Of a stretch of 64,000 bases of DNA, positions 11,836 through 31,900 are shown piece after piece. Every line of letters starts with the position of its first letter. The stretch's first letter is position 1. The notes beneath the pieces are model-generated. The model ran no database searches. It was not told the DNA's origin and saw nothing but the letters and a program-made list of their open reading frames with translations. Both the position numbers and the translations under genes were made by a program. Source of the stretch: Klebsormidium nitens (lineage: Eukaryota; Plantae; Klebsormidiophyceae); NCBI GenBank assembly GCA_000708835.1, contig DF236988.1:1-64000 (forward strand), given 5' to 3'.

Positions 11836-12035
11836 TGAGCTTCCCACGCGTTTGAACCATGCCACCACCATTCTCAAATACAAAGCAAAACTCCGAATGC
11901 GTTCTGGTCAAAATGCCGAGCTCCCCAGTGCCTCTGAGAACCATGTCATCACCTTTTAGAGACAAAGCCGAGTTCAGAATGAGTTCTAGTCAGAATGCTG
12001 AGCTTCCCGGTGCCACTGAAGGATAATGTCACCTG
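11836..12035. repeat. Second tandem array, about 82-bp period (about 2.5 copies)
   Basis: gagct(t/c)ccc...aaccatg(c/t)caNcacc...acaaagc...gaatg(c/a)gttct(g/a)gtca(a/g)aatgc repeats at about 11836, 11919 and 12000. Confidence 0.75.
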
Positions 12036-13732
12036 TCGAGTCCAAGCTAAGTCCTGAGGACAAATGTAGAGACTCTCTGGTCAGGTGCAAGAGAGAGTCT
12101 GTAGACTGACCTGTCAAGATGATCTGCCCGCCAGCGCTCCAATGCTATGCGCCGCAACCGTCTCAAGGCTGCTGCTGCTGTTGGAGGGAAGTTGCGACAG
12201 AGAAGCTTCTGTATGATGTTGGTCTGAGAAGAATGGCGGCGCAGCGGCAGAATGCTGTACCAGAAGAGAGCTTGTATCTCGAATGATGTCCCTTCTGGGC
12301 CATGGATGCTGCCCCAGAGCTCTACAGGCCCGGCATTGCGTGCCATGACTGTGATATGCGTTTCTGAGTGTGTGGTGCAGCTTCTAGCAACCATGGAACG
12401 TGATCTTTAGCTGAGTGTTCGGTCCGTGGTGCTGCGCCCAGTTGAAGCTAGCTATCAGCTTGGTTGTGAGAGGAGACCACGTTCGTTTTAGGTTGCAGAC
12501 TGGCTGGACTGAATCAGAGGTTAGAGTCGGACATTTTATTTAGAGTGCTGGTAAACTGCCCGTCCTCCATTTTCATTCGGGGGGGCACCTAGTTTTCAGG
12601 ATAGGCTGGGAGGTCGTATGCTAGATAATTCCCTTTTTTCAGAGCCGTCCGATGGTGCCCCGGGCACTTTGGACCGGAAGATAGCCCTAAAAAACCAGAG
12701 CTCAACCCCCATACAGGGTTGGTGGGCGTATAATATCCACTTATATGAGATTCTGAGGGAGAAAGTCAGCTGAAGAGTGAGTTTAGAGCTCTGTTCAGCC
12801 GTGCGATGACTAAAAAAGGTTATCGTGCCGTCCGATGACGTAAAACCAATGAATACAGTGCAAAATAAGCCCTACTTACCTGTGTGATAAGCTCTGCGCA
12901 TACAATTACAGTACAATCAGAATTTTGCTCGGCTATGGATGGTGTACAATCAGTACCATCGACCGGTGGGCCATGGATTGTACAATACACAATCCGGAAT
13001 ATGGTCATGTCCAAGCCTACTAGCTACCGTAGTAGCTACGTAGGTATAGGCAGAGGGCGCAGCCAAAAAGCTGGCGCGTGCAGCATTGTAAGCGGTAGAA
13101 TCGTCCTATCCAAACTGCCCACGAGGTCAAAACGACTTGGCTAGGTCCCAGTACGTGCTCAACAAGTTTCCGCCATCGTTGGGTGTCATTTTGACCGGTC
13201 CAATACAATGCACCGGCCAAAATTTGGATGGGAAAGTCAGACATAGGGCCACTTCATCCTTGACACCGAGGGATCCACCGGGTGCGTTGATCTGAAAATG
13301 GGTGCAAATGGTTGCCAAAAGGCCATATAAGACGTCTGCAAAATTTGATAGACGCGCCCGCGATGGAGCCCATACGGTCTGCTCGCCACTGGGCGCTACA
13401 TTGGTACCTGTTCTCGCTGGGCGTCTACATCCTCTGGGTATAGCCTATAGCTGTATACTACCGTCGGTGAGACGCAAATCAGCGCGGCCGCACTGCATGG
13501 TCACTTTCATTAGAGGAGCTTCATGTTTAGTGAGCCTGCAAGGGACCCCTGAGGAACCCGCTGGAGAGGCCAAAGCTATTATGAAAGGTGGAAGCTTTTA
13601 TACTTGGACGTTTTAGAAGCTATGAAACTCCTGCATTATTGCATGTCACCGCCCCGCAATGCGATCGGCCGTCAGGTCGATGCCCAGCTGGCAGGACCCA
13701 AGTTGAAGCCACAGAAATCTTAAGATCTCAGC

Positions 13733-15088
13733 ATGGCGGCGCGGGCGCAGCTGGCACTTGCTGCCATACTCCTTGCACTCGTCCTGGGGACTTGCCTCAG
13801 CCTTTTGACAGCCCCCAGCGCAATGACGAGCGGACTGAGCCATCAACCGACAGCTCCGACTCTTGCTGCCCTGGGCATCAGCTTTTCAAACAGTCAGCGC
13901 AACTCAGATAACCATGCTGATGTCACTATGGTGAGCAGCTGGTTTGCAGATGATGCTATTACGGCATGGAGGAACGGGCAGCTGTCGGTGGAGCAGCTCC
14001 ACTCGGCATTGTCCCTAAGGGACTCGGTCATACCAGCTGCGTTCTCGTGCCATTGGTTGAACAGGACTATCAAAGGTCTTGACAGAAAGGAAGGGGCGCC
14101 TTGCTTTTACGTCAGATCTTCTATTCCAGTCATTGGCACGGTAGTGGTGAGGAACCCTGAAATGGTGCGGCGCTTGGTGTACAGCATAGACGTGCCGGTT
14201 CAGAGCATAGTCGTCGTTCACAACAGGATTGCTGGGGAAACGGGGGATAGAAATGCGGAAGAAGTGGCGAGTGCCCTTCGCGACCTACAAAGTACGATAG
14301 GCGAAAGGTTTCTGAAGGTCATAACCGCTGATTGCAACAGAGGGTGTGCCGGAGGCTGGAACTCTATTTTACACGCCGCTCCGAATGCCCCATGGTGGAT
14401 CATCGCGAACGACGATGTGGCTTTCAAGCCAGGGGCCCTACGCGATATTCCGGACTTCATCCAAACTGAACCGCAGGCAGCTATGTTCGAACTGGCGGCC
14501 TTTCAAACTATTCTTCTAACCAGGCAAGGTGTGCAAACGGTTGGGGTCTTTGACGAGAACATATGGCCCGCCTACCACGAGGATTGTGATTATGCTCTGA
14601 GGGTCCTTTTGAGTGGGATGAAGCATATCAGGGAACGTCCTCCTACCTTCCAAGTCATTCACGGGGACCAAGAAACGGGTACGTCGTCGACCCTCACGAG
14701 CGGGGCTGATGAAAGCTACGGGACTCGAAATGAGTGTTCACACAACAACAACGCTTACTACTATTCAATGAAGTGGAATGTTTCGGGACATTGCGGAGCA
14801 GTGGAGGAAGGCATGTTCCGAACGCCTTTCAACAATCCCGCCCACACTGTGGCTAGTTGGACGTTTGACCCTCTCCTCCGCATACGATCAGAGACGTGTT
14901 GGGACCCAAATACGTCCACTGAAAATCGATTAATGGAGAAAGATTATGGTAGAAAGGCTCTTGTTGGGGATGCAGTGGCCACTGCGCACTCTTGGGAGGT
15001 GATGAGCTTCTGGCCCAAGGGCTCTACACCTGATGCAAGAACACTTGTTGTTGGCTCTAGAACTTTTTGCACATCACCGGCAGCTTAA
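13733..15088 (+). CDS. Family 2 (GT-A fold) glycosyltransferase with an N-terminal signal/anchor, single exon
   Basis: IPVIGTVVVRNPEMVRRLVYSIDVPV...VVVHN; NRGCAGGWN; WWIIANDDVAF (DxD-type); LLTRQGVQTVGVFDENIWPAYHEDCDYALR (ED catalytic motif); hydrophobic N-terminus. Confidence 0.85.
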   Translation: MAARAQLALAAILLALVLGTCLSLLTAPSAMTSGLSHQPTAPTLAALGISFSNSQRNSDNHADVTMVSSWFADDAITAWRNGQLSVEQLHSALSLRDSVIPAAFSCHWLNRTIKGLDRKEGAPCFYVRSSIPVIGTVVVRNPEMVRRLVYSIDVPVQSIVVVHNRIAGETGDRNAEEVASALRDLQSTIGERFLKVITADCNRGCAGGWNSILHAAPNAPWWIIANDDVAFKPGALRDIPDFIQTEPQAAMFELAAFQTILLTRQGVQTVGVFDENIWPAYHEDCDYALRVLLSGMKHIRERPPTFQVIHGDQETGTSSTLTSGADESYGTRNECSHNNNAYYYSMKWNVSGHCGAVEEGMFRTPFNNPAHTVASWTFDPLLRIRSETCWDPNTSTENRLMEKDYGRKALVGDAVATAHSWEVMSFWPKGSTPDARTLVVGSRTFCTSPAA

Positions 15089-15968
15089 TCAGCGTTTTGT
15101 AACCCATGTGTCTTGTCCATTTCGGACAGTGCTCCTGGACTCGCCCCACATGCATGTATAAGTAACCATCACCGAGGTACCCAGCCGCGTTTATCTTCAA
15201 CAATCTAGCTAATATAGAGCTATATTTAAGGGCCCGCGAGTGAATGTAATGTGCATGTGCACCGCACATGCTAGCCAAGTAGTACGTGTTACGGTCGAAT
15301 GTGCACCGGATAACCACGATGACACCGACATTTGTGCACATGGGCCGTTGCGGCCGGCAGGATTGATATAGTAGCCGCTCAGTGGGTCTCCCACATGCAT
15401 GCCTTATGATCGCATGGCTGATCGCAGCACAACGATGGCCATCTAGATCAGACGGTGTCAATTGAAAATGCATCCTTGCCAGCTAGCACAATGACGGGCA
15501 TGAAAAATCACTGGATCCGGGTCTAACAGATTACGACTATTTGAAAATGCATTTAGATCCACCTGGAACCTGCTAGCTGGCCCGTGAACCATGGTCGTTG
15601 GACTAGCAAGACATGGACATCGCCTGTATGTAAGCCTGGAGCTAGGTTCGAATTTACAGCAACATATGAGCTCGGCCTGCACATGTTGTTTAGATGTAGC
15701 ACATCATAAGTCCACTGCTTGGTGCATAAAATTCACTCTCACATGTGGCGGCCGACCTTCAGTAGTAGGAAAGACAGGGTAACATCGACGGTTGTGTTCC
15801 AAATGTGAGCTAGGGGTGTTTTGTTAGCACACGCCATGAAAAGCTTGAGATGAGCACTTTCATGTACTGCTATCGCGAAGGCCTTCTGGTGTCACCGGGC
15901 ACATGGTTTGCGCAAGAAGTATTGGTTTAACTGTCTTGATTCCGGAGCTCTTTCTGTCATGTCCGATC

Positions 15969-24205
<8,237 letters not shown>

Positions 24206-25939
24206 ATTGCGCCCTTCAATCAGCTCCTAGGGCAGCTTCAATCTTAAAAGCCTGAGTGGTGCAGATGCCAGCGAGCTAAGCTTCAACTGCAGAGCAGAGA
24301 GCATGTGGAGGCTCTTGTGGCAGAACCTGATCAGGAAAGCTCCGCAGCTGCTGATAGAACACTGGACAGCAATTCCTCCCCTCAAGAACTGCCATCAATT
24401 GACAAGCATTCAAGGGACAACACCAATGGCAGCAGACAAGCCAGCAAGCTGAGAAAGCCCTTGCCCTCGCCCTCGCCCTCGTCCTGCAACGTGCAAAATC
24501 GGCAGCTGGTGGACCGATGGTCTTACTCTGGCATGGTGCTATGTGATCATTCTTGAAATCATTATATGACTGCATGTTAAGAGCTTGTAAGCAGAGACAA
24601 TATGGTACATAGCGCGGTGGACAGCCAGGCAAAATTTATCTCCCTATACTTCAATTTCATATTGATTGGCTCACGCTTTGTATCCTGGTTTCCTTGGATA
24701 CGTCAGTGTCCCCACGTTATAAGCGCTCAAAGAAGTTCGCATATACCCGGGCTGGCTGGTCCTGGGCGGCCGGTTATGATGCATGCACATTGCTGCTCTT
24801 GTCTCTCCCAGAGTCAATGACGAGTCGAGAGTTGGAGCGCAAAGGGGAGCACAGTGCTCAGATGAGTCAGAAGGACGCTCAGATCCGACTTTTGTAGGTA
24901 CCGGTATAGCACTGGCAGCAGTCGACCATCTCTGGGAGAGGTGGAGAGGAGGAGAACGATGTTCAGGCGTTGTCTTTGTGGAGGTTGTTAGTGCCTTGCA
25001 AGTGGGACATCGGCGAAGGAGCAAGCGTGTGTGAGTACCCGCTTTGACAACGTCTTTGTGAAGCGTGTGCTTCAACAGTGGTTCTTGAACTTTCTCCTGT
25101 ACCCGCTTTTCCGTTGACACAATCGCCTCAAAGATATGACAGTAGGTGCAGGCTGTCGCAGTTTCTTGTGTCCGCCCCCTTCTTGTTGCATATTATCATT
25201 TTCTGGTTTGATGCCGTGGTCTGTTAGATATGTGTTGCTCAAAGGAGGTCCAAGTTCAACTTGCCGCTGGTATTCCAAGCATTTCTATGTACAGGGCCAA
25301 CGTGAGTGTTCCAATTTATCTACTAGAGCGCTGTGTTTTGCTGACCTTTGCAAGGTCGAAGACAGGTGTTCCACTTGAGAGGTTTCAGCTCTTGTCAACT
25401 TTTGAGCTTTTGAATGTGCTAGGCAGTGTGTTGTGGTAGCAGGTGATGGAGACAAGATCCGCAAAACTATCTGAGAATGCCCCTTTGCAAGGGCATCACA
25501 TTGAATCGTATAGCATGAAGCACTGATATTGCTGGTGGTGGTTGTCGATTTATGTGCTCCTCCAAGGCAGACATGTGTGAAGTTCCGCTATCTTTCGGCA
25601 AACGCTTCCGTCTTTCTTAGCAAAAGGTTTGTCAACGACTACAAATGGCTGGTCCGGCGCAGAGGCCTTGCTTTTCTTTCTCGTGATTCCTGCATCAGAA
25701 CAGACAGAGTGGAAAGCTCTGCTCAAGCAGTCTGCCATGTTCAGAGCAAAAGACCTGAACATATTGACATGTCCATAACACAGCTCGTTTTGGCACTTTA
25801 CTTGTGGTCCACCTTTTCACTATCATGTAAGCATTGAAGTTGGCAGACTGCTTACCGCACCTGTAATGTACTTGGAAGTTAGACTCGAAGTCGCAGAGTC
25901 ACACTCTCACCTTCTGTGTACCCTTTGCAGCCGGAAGGC
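24206..25939. promoter_or_regulatory. Divergent intergenic region between SEC23 and the TMEM131-like gene, probably containing 5'-UTR introns
   Basis: Head-to-head ATGs at 24205 (-) and 25940 (+). Minus-strand donor-like G|gtaagc at 25855. Plus-strand acceptor-like ccctttgcag ending at 25930. Confidence 0.5.
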
Positions 25940-28900
25940 ATGACGATGGCTCCCATGGCGGCTCTGCTGGTCTTCGTCGTCCTGGCAGCCTCCTTCGCTC
26001 TGTCCACAGATGCTGAGAGCTGCACAAGAAGTGCCTGCCCCTTGGTTTCGAGAAGCTCTGTGGCGTCTGCGTGGTCGGCAACCCAGCTTCAGAGCAAGGG
26101 TTTGCAAGGGGTCTATGGAGAGCACGACGGTTTTGCGCCTGGTGAGAGGAGATGCATGCGCCTGGTTGGTGGGAAGATTGAGAGGTGCAGTCGGCCGGAG
26201 CCTTCGGGACGTCAGGTGCAGAGAGAGGACTCTTTGGGGGAAGGGGGCGATGATAGCCAAACTTCGGGGGGAGAAGCCTGGGGGCGAAAGAGGGGCGGAA
26301 CTTGGAAGGGCAGCAGAACGGTCAGGAAAAGCGGCGGCGTCGGAAAGGAGGGGTGCATGATGCGAGCAGTGATGACCGCGGTGGGGGCGGTGATGCTCTC
26401 TCCATGGGGGGGTTCTGGCCGGCACCTACTTCTCGCCCCCCGGGTGCAGGCCGGGGCGTTTCTCTTGGCAGGGCTAACCAGCCTTCCGGCTGCTAGCGGT
26501 CTGGAGAGTGGGGACGCACTTTTGCGGAAGGAGGAACTGAAAGCTCCTAGCGTCAGTATACAGCCCCCCTTCTTAGACTGGCAGGAGGTTTACATCTGCG
26601 AGCCGGCCGCGATCTCGGTGGAGATCATCAACACCTCGGAAGACTCACCGGTCACGCTCTTCTCAGTCTCCACCGACAACCAGCAGTTCTTCCCGTCGGC
26701 CTTCCGCGAGGTTACGGTCCCCCCAGGGGCCAGTGTAAATATTTCCCTCACCTTCTTGCCAGTCAAGAGCGGCAGCGCCGAGGCGACGCTCCTGGTGCAG
26801 AGCAGCGCGGGGGGGTTCTTGATCCAGATGCACGGCTGGGGGGTCCCGTCCCACTTGCAAGCCGCCCCCGTCACCGGAAAACGTGTCCTCGTTGGCAAGA
26901 GCTTCACGCATTCCCTGGTGCTCCGCAACCCGTACGCAGAGTTGCTTCGGGTGACGGAAGTCTTCACTTCTGACGATTTCCTTCAGCTGACGCTGCCTCA
27001 AAAAGGTGGAAAAGGCGTGCAGGGGGGGACCGCGGGCCTGTGGGAGGTCCCCCCCGGTGAGGCGAAGCCGGTGATTGAGATCGAGTTCCAGTCCGCAGGG
27101 CCGGGGAAGCACTCGGGGCTGGTACACGTTGCGTACGGGATCGTAAACGGGACGATTGAAGGCACGCTCGTCATCCCGGTTGAGGTGGAAGTCGTTCACG
27201 GGGGCCTGTTCACACACGCCAGCGAGTTCGACTTTGGGACGCTCACTGTCCTGGGGGAGCGCAGGGAGCTCCCAATCGTCGTCACCAACCTCGGAGAAAA
27301 GCCGGTTGACGTGTTTGACATCTACCTCGAACCCGGAAACGACGGTGTCAGCATCTCCGGCTTTGAGTGGGAGAAGGGCGTGGTTGTTCCTCCCGGGGCG
27401 GAGCAGGTCGTCGCGCAAGTGTCCTTTTCCGGGGCGGGGGGTTCGGAGTCAGGGAGCCAGGAGCCCCCCTGGGCGTCGGGGCTTGTGGTTCTCAACTCCA
27501 ATGCAAGTGTTGGCGCCGGGGCTCACATTGAGATCCCGTATTGGGCGCGCGCAATTTATGGCAGCCTAGGATATGAGCCTGTAAACACTTCGTTTCTAGT
27601 TTCCTCGGACGGGAGTGGCTCTGGTGCAGATTGGAAAGGCAAGGCCGTCGTTCAGGAGATTCAGCTCGTCAACAATTTTCCCGTGCCCGTCGCTTTCTAC
27701 TCGGCGGCGATCCCCGGCGACCCCAACTTCGAGATCGTGTGGCTATCGAGCGGCCACGTGGCAGCCCCCGGCGGGCCGGGCCCCCGGGTAACGCTAACCT
27801 TCCGACCAACCCGACCGGATCTTGATTATAGCACGAGCCTGCTCGTGGCCACGAACGTAACCACTCTCCGGGTGCCTATTCGCATCCACGTGGGGAAGCT
27901 CCAGTTCTTCACGGTGCCCCGGGGCCGGCAGCTTCTCGTGGAAGTGCATGACCGGCCGGAGGAGATCTTTGTCGGGAAGAAGGTCGACTTCGGCGTCGTC
28001 CCGCCGGGAGGGATGCAGCGGCAGCTCTTCGTGGTCGTCAACCCCACCCCGGAGCCGATTCACATCGTCGCCGTCGCGCATCCCGCCCCCCTGACGCTGC
28101 TGTACGTCGCCGACCCGCAGCCTGCCGCGCTGTTTCTCACCGTCATGCCCCCCGGGCTGAAGGGGCTGGGGTACTTGTGGGACCACGGGGGTGGCCGTGA
28201 CAATTTCCTCGAGCAGGCCCCTTCGCTGAGCAGCGTCCAAGACCGGCTGCTGCGCGAGCCGCTAACCCAAAACCCGTTTGCGCTGCCAAGCGGTCACCTC
28301 GTAACCGTAGGGCTGGCAATGGTTCCCCCCGCCACAGAGGGGCGCTTTGCGGACGAGATCACCTTCACGACCGGGGGCGGCGGGAAGCTGACGGTCCCCT
28401 TCGCGTACGAGGTGCTGAGCGGGGGCTTGACCATTACCGTCGAGCCGGCCGAGATCCGGGCGTTCCCCGGGAAAGTCCAAGAAGCGGTGATTATCGCGGA
28501 GAACTCGTTCGATCGCGAGCTGCTGATTTCGAGCCTGGAGTCAGAGGATGCGGGGTTCTTCTCGAGCGCATACCGGCAGTATCTGCAGGTGGGGGTGCCG
28601 ACGGAAGTGGGGGTGGTCGATATCGACCTGGAGCAGGCGACGGGTACGTACCTCGCCGGAATCCGGTACAAACAGTGGCGGAACAAGGGGGGGTGCAAAG
28701 GGCACAACTGCCGGGCGGTGACGCCCGCCCAGCTGGAGGGAGAACTAGAGGAGGTGAAGATGTTTGCCGGGGTGACGACCTCGGTTTGGGGGCCGCAGGT
28801 AAGATCGCCATCGGCTCCAGTTGGCAGGGGCTTTTGGTCTTTGCTAAGAAAGACTTGAGCTGCATTATCCTGTGTGGGTTGTGGGTATCCCGTTTTATAC

Positions 28901-31900
28901 GATTGTGCTCTGAAAAAATCAGCGGATACATGTCTGAAATCAGCAGGAGCGGCTTTGAGCTCACTGAAGTGTTATCCTGTGAGTTTTGATTTCCATGAAA
29001 CCTTGTTTGGAACGGCACGCTTGCTAAACGTTTGACAAAGGCAAGCATCTACAAGGTGGACCTTACTGCTCAATCTGCTGCAGAGGTCTCCCCTTTTGGT
29101 CCTCTCAGAGTTTCTTCATCAGAACCTTCTCATGACAGAGCCAATCATGCGGTTTCGCCAACCTTCTCAGTCCGCGCCGCAGCTTTCCCCCTTGCTGTTC
29201 TGAGCGCCAAAGTTGTCTTCTTTTGCTCCGCAGGTTTCCGCCCTGCTGTCCCTGACGACCGACCTGGTCAAGGACTACCCGATCCCCATCAACGTGACGC
29301 CTATCGTCCCGAGCCTGGTCCCGGGAGAAGACGGCGACTCCGGCGCTTATAAGTCCGGGGACGTCGTATACGAGTTCACCAAGATCCAAGTCGGCACGGT
29401 CGCCTACGAGACAATTGACGTGTCGAACCCGTTCGACGAACCCCTCGAAGTGGAAATCGTTCTCGGGGTACGGGAACCCCCACCAAAAGGAAAAGGCGAA
29501 GCGGAGGAGAGCTACCTGGATGGCAAGATAACCGAGTGCGGCATGGAAGTGAAGGCGGCGGGGGGGGCGTCGTTTGCGCTGGAAGCGGACGCCGTCGTGC
29601 ATGCGGTCCTGGCCCCCCGGGAAGAGAAACTCTTTGGCCCGATCGCGCTGCGCCCCACGAAGCGCGGCGTCGAGTCCCACGCGTCTTTGTTCCTGCACAA
29701 CAATTTGACGCTGCTCGAGGAGATCGAGCTGATTGCGGCGGGGGGTTCGGGCGTGCTCGCGTTCGTGGACGGGGTCACCCCCCTGAAAGAGCTGCGTCTC
29801 GAGCTAAACGGTTCGTACCTCGGGTTCGAGCGGGTGCGCGACGGGCGTGGCTGGGCGCTGCCGCCAGGTGGCAAGATGACGTGGCCCGCCGTCGCGTCCC
29901 GCACCGTCAAAGCGCACAACGCAGGCGACGTGCGCCTGGAGGTGCTCTCGCTCCAAATGGGGCCCGCGTCGGGCTGCCAGGGTTCAGGGTTTAGCGTCAT
30001 CCCCTGCCGGCCGTTCGTGCTGGGCCCCGGGGAGGCACGTGACGTCACGTTCTCCTACCGGCCCGACTTCAAGGCCGCTCTGCGACGCCAAGAGCTGAGG
30101 GTGACGACGTCAGCGGGTGACGTCAGCGTGGCGCTCGTCGGCCGGGTGCCGAAGCAGCTGCTGCCGCTGTGCTTGGAAGCAGTCCCCCGGTGGGCCATCC
30201 CGGCTGCGTATCTTTGGGCGGCGGGGGCCGTTTTCTGCGCCGTGACGTTTGCTTACGGCACGTTCCTCTGGCGAGACTTGTCTGCAAAGAGAGCGGACAG
30301 GTTGCGGAAGGAAAGGGTGGGGCAGTCGAGGTCTGCGATTTCAGAGAAGGCCCCCGGAGACGGAGCGACGCATCCGCAACAGAATGGATCTTTTCCGCGG
30401 AGTTCATCTGGGGGGTCCCAGGCGCCGGTTCCAAAGTCTGGGTCGAAGTCGTCGCTGGCGGAAGAAAAAGGGGGGGCCGAATCGCCCCAGTCGGGCACCC
30501 CCCCGAAGTATGAGGAGGACGGGGAGGAGGGGTGGATTGAGATTGTGCCTTCGAGGGGGCAAGACAAGCAGGGGAAGAAAGGGGGGGGCAAGGCGAAGAA
30601 GGGGGGGGAGCTGGCCAAGGGCTTCGAGGTGGTGAGAGTGATTGGAACGGATAAGGAGCAGCAGAAGGGGAAGCCGCAGGAGGAGAAAGCGGGGGCGAAG
30701 ACCGCGGGCAAGGGGGACGGGAATGGAGCAAAGGCGAAGAAGGGGGCGAGGTCGCAGGTCGCACCGGAGCCGCTGCCAGAGAGTGCGCCAGTCGCATTGC
30801 AGGTCAGGGGACGATCTATGCTTTCTGCTTTGCAGCTGCGTCTCGACCATTAAAGACCGATCTGCTACAAGAGGCTGGCTTTTCGGCGAGTCTGTTTCTA
30901 GTCGCAGAAGAAACGTTTTTTTAACATGGCTCTTTTGTATTGCTGACGCACATCGTGCTCTGGTGAAGGCTGTTCATGAGAATGGTGCTGTAGTTGGAGT
31001 TAGTGAGAGGCGAAGAATGAGCTTCGCTTTTACTGTAGCAATACCAAGCTGTAATGTTTCTTTCGACCTGACCGTTCTACTCTTTTGATCTGGGACTAGG
31101 ATCTGACCCTTTTAACCCCTTTCTGCCAGGTTCCGGAAGTCACCGACAGCACTCCGCCCACAGAGGCCCCCCCAGCTTCGCCGACCACCGCCGCCCCGGG
31201 CCGCAAGAAGAAGAAGAAGCAGCCCACCGAAGCGGCGAACTCCGCTCCCCCCCCCGCATCCGAGGACAAATCCTCGCCCCCCGGGACGCCGACCGCGTCA
31301 AACCCGCAGGGCAGCCCTCTGCACAAGAGCGCGGCGGGGAGTTCCTCTCGCGGGGGCCTCTCCATGTTCGCCCGCACCAGTGTTCCTGGGGGGGGAGAGA
31401 AGAGTGGGCACCTGAGGAAGGGCAGCCAGGGCAGCGAGAGCGGCGACCCCCCCCAGCCGCACTCCCCCGCCGCCGCGGCGCGGACCCGCCCGCACCGGAC
31501 TGACGTCATCACGGTGGACTCGACGACCGGGGTGGTCAAGCAGTCGGTCAAGCTGCGGACGGTGAAGGACAGCAACGGAATGATGCGGCGACGGAATTCC
31601 GGGGGCGGGCATGAGCGGACGAGCAGCAACACGAGCAGCGGGCGGAGCAGCCCGGCGGGGAGTGGGAACTACGCGGGGATTCTGGACGATATGGACGTGG
31701 CGGGGAAGGGATGGTCTGGCGGGGTGAGTGCGACACGGCAGTCTCTGTTTCAAAATTCATTGATTTCCGGCTGTCACCAACTGCCAATCTGCACGATGTA
31801 GTCGTCCATCTTGTGTCCTTTGAGGGATCGCAGGGACTATTCAATGGCGACTTCGGCTCTGCGTTCTGGCTTTTCCTGGGAGCGTCATGTTGCATGATCG

